DNA of 62,994 nt, counting the filler, from Reclinomonas americana ATCC 50394 (Eukaryota), in the NCBI GenBank assembly GCA_048213135.1. It is 12 parts of 12 records of this genome, joined end to end, with 100 filler letters (N's around TTAATTAATTAA, not from the genome) between each part and the next. Parts side by side here need not be neighbours in the genome. Positions count along the whole stretch, not along the records: positions 44,849 to 53,861 come from AFZH01022016.1; positions 53,962 to 60,490 come from AFZH01022018.1; 10 more parts are not named here. One strand, given 5' to 3'. Positions 50,773-59,536 of the stretch are shown piece after piece; position 1 is the stretch's first letter; each line of letters opens with the position of its first letter. The notes beneath the pieces were generated by a model. It did not search any database and was not told the origin of the DNA. It saw only the letters and a list, made by a program, of their open reading frames with translations. The translations under genes and the position numbers were made by a program.

Positions 50773-52372
50773 ATGGACGGGTCTGTGAGTCTGCAGGCAC
50801 TGGCGTTGACCAGTATCTCTGGCATGGCCACTGGCATCGGTGTGTGTGTGTGTGTGTGTGCGTGTGAGCGAGTGTTGTCTCCTCTCTTCGTTGCTCATCT
50901 GTGATATGTCGGCGGCCAAGGATCGTGTGCGGTGTTGGTGTTTGGTGAGGATGCGCATGGAGTGACCAGTGGACGCATGTTGGCCTTGGCGGCGGGTGTG
51001 ATGCTGCAGGTGAGGCACACATAGTCGGCGTGTCATTCTCTGTATCTCTGCCACTGATGGAGACATGGGGACAGGTGTCGGCCTTTGATCTGCTTCCCGA
51101 GGCTGCCGAGGTCTGCTCTTCTCCTCTCGCCTGCTCACCTCTTGTGCTGTTGTAGCTCACTGCACCTGTCAGGTCATTGGCTGGGCGGAGACGCTGGCTG
51201 GCGTTGCGTTCATTCTGCACTGTGCACATGCACGGACAAGTGTTTGACTTTCCCCCCTGCGCACAGTTCGTTGTCGGCTGTCTGTTGTACTTTGTGCTGG
51301 AGCGACTGGTGCCGGAGCCGGACTTGAAGGCGTTTGGAGCGCAGCTGTTGCCGACGCCGTCGGCCAGTGGCGCTGCGGTGTCGGCGTCGATGACGGAACG
51401 AGTTTTGTCTCGTCTTCTCCTCTCTCTGAAGCTGCTGCGTGCTGATATCGCCTTGTCGACAGCGCCGTCTGCTGCGCACGGGTTTTATTGTGGCGCTCGT
51501 GCTGGCGGTTCACAACTTTCGTTGCGTGGTTGTTCGTGGCACTGTGTTGTGAGATGCCGACGACTGAGAAGGGTTGCGTGCGCAGCCGAGGGAATCGCCG
51601 TGTACATTAGTTGTCTCAAAGGTTTGTGCCGACCGACCCGCCTGACCGTGCGTCGCGCTGCGTGCACTAACCGTGGTGTACGTGTGAACAGGAATGCGCT
51701 TCGGCCTGACCATCATGGTTCGTGTGCTTTTCCTCGCCGGCACCCCTTTTTTTCTCAACCAACGCGTCTGTGCTGCAGATTTCCATCATGCTACACAACA
51801 TTCCAGGCGTGTTGCTCGCTGCGTTCCTCTTCTTTTCGAGATCGATTCTCATTGCGTGGTGTTGCAGAGGGCGTGGCTGTGGCCTGCAGTATCTACGCCG
51901 GCAGTGGCAAGTTACGCGTGCACTGATCCTCTTCAGCGCCACGCCAATTCTCACTGCCGTTGCAGCAAGAAGCAGGCCATGTTCTGGTCGATCCTCACTG
52001 GCGTAGCGGAGCCGGTGGGAGCGCTTCTATTTGCCCTGGTCTTCCAGTTCTTCATCTCGGAGCACATGGTGTCCTTTGTGCTCGCCGTGGGTACGAGCTC
52101 TCGCGCCGCCATGTGTCACTTGCGCGGAGCGCGTCACTCACTCCTCGCACAGTCGCCGGACTCATGTTCACCATCAGCCTCGCCGAGTTGATCCCCACCG
52201 CCAGTCGCTTCATCGGCACCACGGTGAGTTTGGTGATGATTTTTTCACTCGCTCTAAAACGAAACCTGACAATCCTTGCACTCGCCGACAGCCGCTGATT
52301 GGATTCACCATTATCGGCATGGCTCTCGTGTTCGCCTGCTCCCTCTTCTTCGATCTCATGGAGATCCATTGA
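50773..52372 (+). CDS. ZIP family (ZupT/GufA-type) zinc/iron transporter
   Basis: SGMATGIG, LAAGVML, LAVHNFPEG, IMLHNIPEGVAVA, LTGVAEPVGA and VAGLMFTISLAELIP. Confidence 0.92.
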
Positions 52373-52553
52373 GAAGATAGTTTCATTGTAGTAGAAAGCA
52401 TTGAAAGAGACAAAGACGGTACGGCTAATTCGATTGACATCGACGCACAAACACACACTCGCAACCGTGATGGCGAGAGCAGTGTAGATGAGAGGAAGAG
52501 CAGAGAGTAGGGGAAATGGAGAACGCCACGGACACAACTGGTGCTCCGCCCGA

Positions 52554-53752
52554 CTACACCTTGTCGACGCTGCCGCCGACGGCTGCGCCACCCCTCGGAG
52601 ACTTGCGACTCGTCGCCTTTTGCATCGGTGACCTTGACGAGGAACCGGTGCCGCCTGCCGACGACAGAGTGACGGTGGAGCCAGCAGACGTCTTGTTGGC
52701 GGCGTTGCTCGATTTGGGATCGTCGAGCAGCATGTCGTCGTCGGCCGGCAACAGAATCAGCGAGTGCAGAGCCAACACTGCGGCGAGCACGTGTAAGTGC
52801 CAGCTACAACGGAGACGAGCTCTCCGTGGCCTCCCCACTCACCGCCTGCCATGATAATGACGACAGAGAACACAGTGCCGGCCAGCGAACTAAAGAAGAA
52901 GAACAGGGTCGACACTGCACATGTGCCATCGTCAGTCGACGCTCCAGAACGAAGAATACTTGCTTGCACGAAAAACGCACCTGTGCCGAGCAGCATAAAC
53001 AGGCGCTCACGTGGCAACCTGACATGCCCGATGATCAGCGGGCGGAGTCGGTAGGTGTTGTACACGTAGTACCAGGCGCCGCCGAGAATGCCCAGCGGAA
53101 TCAACAAGACCGGGTCGAGGAGACTGTCGTGCAACAGCACTGTGAGAGAATGACACCATGCCAACACGAGGGCGGTGACACTACGCAACAGCGCAAACGC
53201 CACCGCTCCCGCCGTGATCAGCAGGTAGTTGAGAGCAAAGTACAACGAATTGCGTTTCAAGCGCGTCCACGCATCCCTGACGCTCACGGGGCGACTGTAC
53301 CCACACACTCGTAAGTTTCAGGGGCAGACAACAACACACACAGCACAGCACAGCACAACACAGCACCTCAACCGCGCCACGGCAATCATCGCCGGCCACG
53401 GCCGCATGCGCAGCGATCGCACGAATCCACTCACGTACTCCAGCGCGTTGCGGAAAGCATTCGCCTCCTGCCAGACGCGTGGCACATCAATGTCTCCTCC
53501 CCCTCCTCGCTCAGAGCATCACGCTGCAACACGTACCTCTGGCACCGACAGCTCTGTCTCGCCGTCTTTCCGCGCCTCCTCCTCCTCCTCATCGTCGACA
53601 GCAGCTCCACCAGCAGCACCGGCTGCTGTTGCTGCTGAGGAAGGATCATTGGTCGCCAGTGGCTTGTTGTTGCCGCTGCCTGGCGCACCTCCGCCATACG
53701 CACTGTTGCCTCCACTCAACAGGAGAGACGACTGCGCATCTTGATCGCCACC
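52554..53752 (-). CDS. PRA1 (prenylated Rab acceptor) family protein, 5'-partial
   Basis: MRPW, SRPVSVRDAWTRLKRNSLYFALNYL, hydrophobic hairpins, VLALHS. Confidence 0.8.
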
Positions 53753-53961
53753 CTGCGCGCGCGAAACACGCAGACACACGCACGTGCAGAATGAACGAAA
53801 TTGAGATGCACATCATCACACGCACAGAGAGAGAGAGAGAGAGAGGAGTGTGTGTGTGAGANNNNNNNNNNNNNNNNNNNNNNNNNNNNNNNNNNNNNNN
53901 NNNNNTTAATTAATTAANNNNNNNNNNNNNNNNNNNNNNNNNNNNNNNNNNNNNNNNNNNN

Positions 53962-54426
53962 ATTTTCACTGGAGCGCTGCATCGCTCGGCGCACGAGGTA
54001 GGCCTCTATCTCGGCATGCTGATCTCAGGCGTCTGGCTAGGCAGCATGTTGGCGAGCCGGCTGATCGGGCGGATCACGATCGAGAGGCTCTTGGTGCGAG
54101 CAAATCTGCTGAGCGTAGCGGCAGCCTTGGCGCTTCTGATCGCCGTCCTGACCGGCTGGCTGAGCGTGCCGTTGGTCGTCGGGGCGATGTTTCTGTTTGC
54201 GCTTGGGGCCGGCATCGCTTCCCCCGCTGCTTTGTCCCAGGCCATCAGCGTCGACCCAGAAAGCATCGGCGCTGCCTCCGGGGTTTACGGCTTCACACAA
54301 ATGGTGGTCGGAGCCGTCTGCACGGCTCTCGCGGGAATCGGCGACAATCCAGCGTTGGCCGCCGCGCTTGTGCTCAGCGGCGCCGGCCTTCTCGCGCAGC
54401 TGTCGTTTTGGCGCGCGACAGCATAG
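53962..54426 (+). CDS. MFS multidrug efflux transporter (Bcr/CflA-like), 5'-partial; bacterial
   Basis: Hydrophobic ORF with GIASPAALSQAISVDP..IGAASGVYGFTQM. Intronless. Confidence 0.8.
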   Translation: MFTGALHRSAHEVGLYLGMLISGVWLGSMLASRLIGRITIERLLVRANLLSVAAALALLIAVLTGWLSVPLVVGAMFLFALGAGIASPAALSQAISVDPESIGAASGVYGFTQMVVGAVCTALAGIGDNPALAAALVLSGAGLLAQLSFWRATA

Positions 54427-54509
54427 TGGCACGGTACTTTTGTAGACTTCGGCCGCAACCGACGCCGCCTTGATCTCGGACTCGGCTCGAAGGGCATTTG
54501 CCAAGCAAG

Positions 54510-55154
54510 CTACTCGCCTACGGAAGGCCTCTTGATTTGTCTCCGTGCCGGCGGCGCACCCCACGCTTCCAGGACCGTGTGCACGATCGCGACCACATCG
54601 GGGACGAGCTCAAAATCCTCAGCTCCACGCGCCCATTCGCCGACCAATCCGTTGACCATGGCATTGAATGCGATGGTCGCGGATTTAGGCGTCCACGGTG
54701 CCGGCAGCGGTTTATTCTTGTGAGCCGCCTGGAAGATGCTGAACAACAGCTCCTTGGTTTGATCTTGTAGCCGCCCACCCTGGGGCAATGCGTCTTCCGC
54801 GGCCCATTCTGTCGCGAGAATCACCCTGAGCATTCGCTTCTGACGCGGGTCGTTCTGAAAGCGGACAAATGCTTCTTCGAGCGCGTCTCCGAGCGCGGTG
54901 AGCGCCACCAGCTTCGTATCGGTAGATAGCCGATCGACGAGATACTGCATCGGCAGACGCAGTTCGTCGCGCAACGCGAAGAGCAGGCCCTGCTTGTTGC
55001 GGAAATGCCAGTGAATCGCGCCTCGCGACGTGCCGGCCGCGGCGGCGACCTCGTCCAAGGAAACGGAGTCGTACCCTTTTTCCAGAAAGAGCGTTTCGGC
55101 CGCCTTCAAGATCGTTTGGCGCGTTTCGGCCGCCTCTTGTTTCGTGCGTCGCAT
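54510..55154 (-). CDS. TetR/AcrR family transcriptional regulator
   Basis: MRRTKQEAAETRQTILKAAETLFLEKGY...SLDEVAAAAGTSRGAIHWHFRNK. Confidence 0.93.
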   Translation of the reverse strand: MRRTKQEAAETRQTILKAAETLFLEKGYDSVSLDEVAAAAGTSRGAIHWHFRNKQGLLFALRDELRLPMQYLVDRLSTDTKLVALTALGDALEEAFVRFQNDPRQKRMLRVILATEWAAEDALPQGGRLQDQTKELLFSIFQAAHKNKPLPAPWTPKSATIAFNAMVNGLVGEWARGAEDFELVPDVVAIVHTVLEAWGAPPARRQIKRPSVGE

Positions 55155-55178
55155 AAAATACCCCTTGATCCAATCATT

Positions 55179-55197
55179 TACAAACGGACAGTATGTA
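55179..55197. promoter_or_regulatory. Putative TetR operator (autoregulatory)
   Basis: TACAAACGGACAGTATGTA, imperfect palindrome 24 bp upstream of the tetR ATG. Matches two other copies. Confidence 0.7.
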
Positions 55198-55461
55198 TGT
55201 AAAGTCGATTCGATCTCAATATGCCCGGCTACCCGCATGTGTCATGTCACGTACGTTCGGACAATTCTTGCCGATCTCGAGGCGCAAGCTCAGGAATTTC
55301 CCGAGCTTCCCGTTCGCTGTCTGGGTCGATCGGGTCATCGATGAGGAAGCGCGGGCGATCGCCTCAATCGTGCAAAAGATCGCAGGCGCCGTCCCGGCGG
55401 CGGTTGGGGCGACAAACAGCCTGCACATGTTCCAGCACGCAACTACGGAATCTCGACGGCA

Positions 55462-56046
55462 ATGCGCTTTCTCGCTGTTCTCGCGGTCTTGCCCGCAACG
55501 CTGGTGTCCGTCGGTGCTCTAGCCGCCGATCCACCTGTGCAGACTTCGGCGCCGGCCGCGAGCCTCACAGTCCCGCGGGTCATCTCGGAACTGCGGCTTG
55601 GCGTCTTTGCTCATGATCCAACTAGCCCCGAAAGCGGATCGGTCGATATCAACGGTGAAATCCTGACGCCGCGCCTATTCACGCTGAACGACCCGATCTT
55701 GGGCCTGCTCGTCCCGCGCCTGCATCTCGGCGGCACGGTGAACACTGCTGGGAATACAAGTCACGTCTACACGGGCCTGACCTGGGTTTTCGACGTTACG
55801 CCCAAGATCTTCGTAGAGGGTGCCGCCGGCATCGCTTTCCATAACGGCAAGACGGGCGATCTCGTCGTGCCCGACAGGGTGCCGCTGGGGTGCTCGCCCC
55901 TGATGAGGGAATCCGGCTCGATCGGATACCGGCTAACGGACAACTGGAGGGTCATGGCCACAGTCGAGCACATCTCAAACGCCGGCACCTGCTCGCGGAA
56001 CCGCGGTCTGACCAATTACGGCGTGAGGCTTGGCTACGTCTTCTAA
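55462..56046 (+). CDS. Outer-membrane acyloxyacyl hydrolase / lipid A 3-O-deacylase (PagL-like)
   Basis: Signal peptide, ELRLGVFAHD, EHISNAG..SRNRGLTNYGVRLGYVF with C-terminal Phe. Confidence 0.82.
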   Translation: MRFLAVLAVLPATLVSVGALAADPPVQTSAPAASLTVPRVISELRLGVFAHDPTSPESGSVDINGEILTPRLFTLNDPILGLLVPRLHLGGTVNTAGNTSHVYTGLTWVFDVTPKIFVEGAAGIAFHNGKTGDLVVPDRVPLGCSPLMRESGSIGYRLTDNWRVMATVEHISNAGTCSRNRGLTNYGVRLGYVF

Positions 56047-56273
56047 AAAAGTTCATTCGAACGATCTTATTTCATCGCTCGACAGCGAAATATGAATCCA
56101 ACGCATGTCTCTGTGCGAATTCCAGGCTCATACGACATAGTAACTCTATAAAATGCAAATATTCGTGAACTTAGTAGTGGGCGCGTGCTCGTATAGAAAG
56201 ATATCGAAGATCGCGCCAAGCGGTTACGTTGTGCAAATAGTCAAGGTTGATGTCAAACTAAGGGGGTTATCAC

Positions 56274-57182
56274 ATGCCGTGTTTTGATTGTTCTATCGCG
56301 AAGCGAAAAATATGGAGCGTCGCTATCATTGTGTTGCTTTCGATGGCAGCGCAGCCGGCTTTTGCTGGTGCGACGTTCCCTACGGCGGTCGACGCTGCGT
56401 TCGGCATGCCAATTCCACCACGCCACGCACCTTTTGGAGTGCAGGCGTCACTCTATGCATCGATCGTGTTCGCGGCGATTGGTTTGATCGTTCTCATGGT
56501 TGCGATTCATGATGCGCGCCGGACCAAGACTGCTCTCCCGGTGTTTGTGGCGCTGAGTGGCGCGTTCTGCGCAATTCCGGAAATCTTCATTGACATCGCC
56601 GGCGGCTGTTTCTGGCCTTACGCCGAGGGGCATGTGGTTTATACCTTCCTCGGAAGGCCGATGACTTGGTATCCGATTTTCGCATGGTTCGGATTCGGCG
56701 CAGTTCTAGCTTATGTGCCGTACGCACTTTTCTTGAGGCGAGCAAAGATTTCTTGGCTATGGATCGGTCTTGCGATCGCCTGTGCGTTCGACATTCTCGT
56801 CGAAGAAATTATGCTTAATGTACCTGGTCTTTATGTTTACTATGGGCAGCAGCCGCTAATTCTATTCACGAAATTTCCGACCTGGTGGATGTTCACGAAT
56901 ATTCCTGGGGTGTTCTTCGCATCGGCTCTCGCATGGCGCTTCAAGGATGATCTGAAGGGCTGGAGAGGTCTCCTCATGTTCGCCCTCACGCCAACCGCTT
57001 TCCTGGCCGTGTTTGGTTTTGCAGTGATGCCGGCGAGCATCGTCATACTTGGCAATTATTCTTGGCTGACCACTCAGATAGGTGGCCTCCTAACCTCGAT
57101 CCTTGGGTTGACCGCGAGCGCTCTCATCATTCGGATCGTGCTTAACCGAGATCCCTTGGCTCTGTCGGAGCGTGTTGGGTAG
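56274..57182 (+). CDS. Polytopic membrane hypothetical protein
   Basis: 302-aa ORF with ~7 hydrophobic segments, lower GC than its neighbours, SD-like AAGGGGG upstream. Confidence 0.75.
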   Translation: MPCFDCSIAKRKIWSVAIIVLLSMAAQPAFAGATFPTAVDAAFGMPIPPRHAPFGVQASLYASIVFAAIGLIVLMVAIHDARRTKTALPVFVALSGAFCAIPEIFIDIAGGCFWPYAEGHVVYTFLGRPMTWYPIFAWFGFGAVLAYVPYALFLRRAKISWLWIGLAIACAFDILVEEIMLNVPGLYVYYGQQPLILFTKFPTWWMFTNIPGVFFASALAWRFKDDLKGWRGLLMFALTPTAFLAVFGFAVMPASIVILGNYSWLTTQIGGLLTSILGLTASALIIRIVLNRDPLALSERVG

Positions 57183-57686
57183 TAGGCCCTATAGGCAGAC
57201 GCGGAGCGGCGGACAGTCGATCATCGTGGCTGTCGCGGGGTGATATCCAGAAGCCCGAAGGCGCGGCCGCAGCATCGAGTTCAAGCGGCGGGCTACGTAG
57301 CTCTTTTGGCGGGCGAGGGCTGCACAGCCGCGCCCTCCGGCATCGGCAAGCTGCCTAACTTGTCCGCATCTCGATCTGGACTGGGAAGCCGGCGCCATTC
57401 GACGATGCGGCACCCGTCGCCGTTGCGATTTGAAAGCTGCGCGACGCGCTTCGCTGCCCTGTCCAGAATCACTGCGCCTCTGCTTTGCGCATGAGCGGCC
57501 TATCCAGCTTGTGCGATCCGCATAAGACGGATCGTACAAGCCCTTCTTTCGGCCGGCGTATCGCCTTTCCAACGAATTGCAGCCCTTTTCGGCAGCCTAC
57601 TCGTCGGCTCTCGACGTTGCGCTGAAGGGTCCGCCCGAACTTATTGGCGGTGCCGTCGCTGGCATAGTGACGCGGTTCCTCCCGCT

Positions 57687-57731
57687 CTAAGAAAGAGCCC
57701 CAGGTCAACGAGACCTGGGGCTCTTTCTTAG
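57687..57731. terminator. Rho-independent terminator (bidirectional-type hairpin)
   Basis: Perfect 20-bp inverted repeat CTAAGAAAGAGCCCCAGGTC-AACGA-GACCTGGGGCTCTTTCTTAG, 30 bp downstream of the MFS stop. Confidence 0.85.
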
Positions 57732-57761
57732 GCTCGCAGACGTCGGCTGAATGATCGCTGG

Positions 57762-59099
57762 CTAAGTCGCTGTCATGCGACGCAAGTCCTCCTGGTCGAT
57801 CGAGACCAGCGACGCACCGCTGCTTTCTCTCATGTACAGCGCCGCGACGAGGCTGACTGCACTCGCGAGCAGAATGTAAAGCGCGATCGGCAACCACGCA
57901 TCGAAGCTTCGCAGCAGCGCAGTTCCGATCAGCGGAGCCCACGAGCCTGCAACGATGGCCGTCACCTGATAGCCTAGCGATACGCCAGAGTAGCGCATGC
58001 GGGTCGGGAACATTTCTGCCATGATCGCCGGCTGGGGAGCATACATCAAGGCGTGAACGACCAATCCAAGCGCGATCGCGGCGAGGATCAGCAGGGCGTT
58101 TCCGGTGCTAAAAAGCGGAAAGGCGACGAACGGCCAAATCATGCTCAGCGCAGCGCCGAGGATGTATACCGGCTTGCGACCACGCAAGTCCGTCAAGCGG
58201 CCGACGAGCGGAATAGCGATTGCATGAAGAATGTGAGCAATAAGCAAAAGTGTTAGTATCCGAGTGGTGTCAACTTTGAGATGGCCGAGGTAAGTTATCG
58301 AGAAGGTTACGACCATGTAGTACAGAATGTTCTCTCCGAATCTCAGGCCCATGGCGGTGAATACGCCGCGAGGATAGCGCCGAAAGACCTCTGAGAGTCC
58401 GTAGCCAGCATCCGCCTGCTGCTCGACCTGCCGTTTGGCTGCTTCAAATATTGGGGAGTCGGTCACCTGCGTGCGAATATAATAGCCGATGCCGACGATG
58501 ATAACGGAAAGCCAGAAACCAACGCGCCAGCCCCATGATAGAAAAGCGTCGGCAGGGAGCGTGGCGGACAGAACCAGAAGAACTATTGTGGCTAGCAGAT
58601 TGCCGAGCGGCACGCCTGCCTGCGGAAAGCTAGCCCAGAACCCGCGGCTGCTATTGGGACTATGCTCTGCAACGAGCAGCACTGCGCCGCCCCACTCGCC
58701 GCCAAGGGCAAATCCCTGGATGAAACGCAGAGTTACCAGAAGGATCGGCGCCCAGTAACCGATCGACGAGAAGCCCGGTAGGCATCCCATTAGAAACGTG
58801 GATGCTCCGATCAGCACCAGGCTGAACTGCAGCAGCGACTTGCGTCCGATCTTGTCGCCGATGTGACCAAATACAATTCCGCCAAGAGGCCGCGAAATAA
58901 ACCCAACCGCGTACGTAGCAAAAGCAGCAATGACGCCATCCAACTCGTTTCCGGTATTTGGGAAAAATAACTTTCCAAATACAAGCGTCGCAGCTGTGCC
59001 ATATAGAAAGAATTCGTACCATTCTACGACCGTACCAGCCATGGATGCGCCCACGACTTTCTTTAGGTACGACACATCCGCGACGCGCTCGTGCTGCAT
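57762..59099 (-). CDS. MFS metabolite:H+ symporter (MHS family)
   Basis: GTVVEWYEFFLYG, RPLGGIVFGHIGDKIGRK, LRFIQGFALGGEWGGAVLLVAEH and EMFPTRMRYSG. Confidence 0.95.
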   Translation of the reverse strand: MQHERVADVSYLKKVVGASMAGTVVEWYEFFLYGTAATLVFGKLFFPNTGNELDGVIAAFATYAVGFISRPLGGIVFGHIGDKIGRKSLLQFSLVLIGASTFLMGCLPGFSSIGYWAPILLVTLRFIQGFALGGEWGGAVLLVAEHSPNSSRGFWASFPQAGVPLGNLLATIVLLVLSATLPADAFLSWGWRVGFWLSVIIVGIGYYIRTQVTDSPIFEAAKRQVEQQADAGYGLSEVFRRYPRGVFTAMGLRFGENILYYMVVTFSITYLGHLKVDTTRILTLLLIAHILHAIAIPLVGRLTDLRGRKPVYILGAALSMIWPFVAFPLFSTGNALLILAAIALGLVVHALMYAPQPAIMAEMFPTRMRYSGVSLGYQVTAIVAGSWAPLIGTALLRSFDAWLPIALYILLASAVSLVAALYMRESSGASLVSIDQEDLRRMTAT

Positions 59100-59269
59100 A
59101 TTCTTTACCTCCGGTTTGATCAGCTCTTAGTTTTGAGAGAGCAGCCCGTCCGAGCCGGCGACGGAACTCGGCAGGTCGACAAGGCGGCGCAAGCGACAGA
59201 GAAGTTCGAGCGCTGATGACATGAGACCTCCCACAAGCTGATCGTTATCGTTATCGGAGCGAAATTAGA

Positions 59270-59288
59270 TACAAACGGTCCGTTTGTA
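59270..59288. promoter_or_regulatory. Putative TetR operator upstream of the MHS transporter
   Basis: TACAAACGGTCCGTTTGTA, perfect 9-bp arms around one central base. Confidence 0.72.
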
Positions 59289-59478
59289 AACGAGCCGTCG
59301 CAACGCCTCGGCTCCCGATGGTTCGTGCTGCTTGACGGCATGTCCACGGATCGCAGCGCGCGCGTCCCTGGTACCCCGTGCCGGGCCGACCCCAGTCCAC
59401 GACGACAGGCACGAGCCCGCGGGACTGATTAGACGCCATCCATCCCATTCCACGGCGTACATGATGCCTTCCGATATT

Positions 59479-59497
59479 TACAAACGAACCGTTGGTA
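59479..59497. promoter_or_regulatory. Putative TetR operator upstream of the RND adaptor gene
   Basis: TACAAACGAACCGTTGGTA, ~40 bp upstream of ATG 59537. Confidence 0.7.
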
Positions 59498-59536
59498 TAT
59501 AAATCTGGCGCCCTGGGGCTTCGATCGGGTTCTCTC

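Noticed and set aside
7285..53189. GTTGCG introns as an introner/transposon family
   Set aside because: No visible similarity beyond the first 6-7 nt, variable lengths, and no terminal inverted repeats or target-site duplications. A formal alignment is still advisable.
1..53861. Alternative genetic code or widespread pseudogenes explaining fragmented ORFs
   Set aside because: Removing short GT/GC-AG introns restores intact conserved proteins ending in TAA, TAG or TGA.
53800..54020. Bacteria-to-eukaryote HGT or endosymbiont insertion
   Set aside because: The eukaryotic and bacterial parts meet only at an artificial linker, so there is no evidence of physical linkage.
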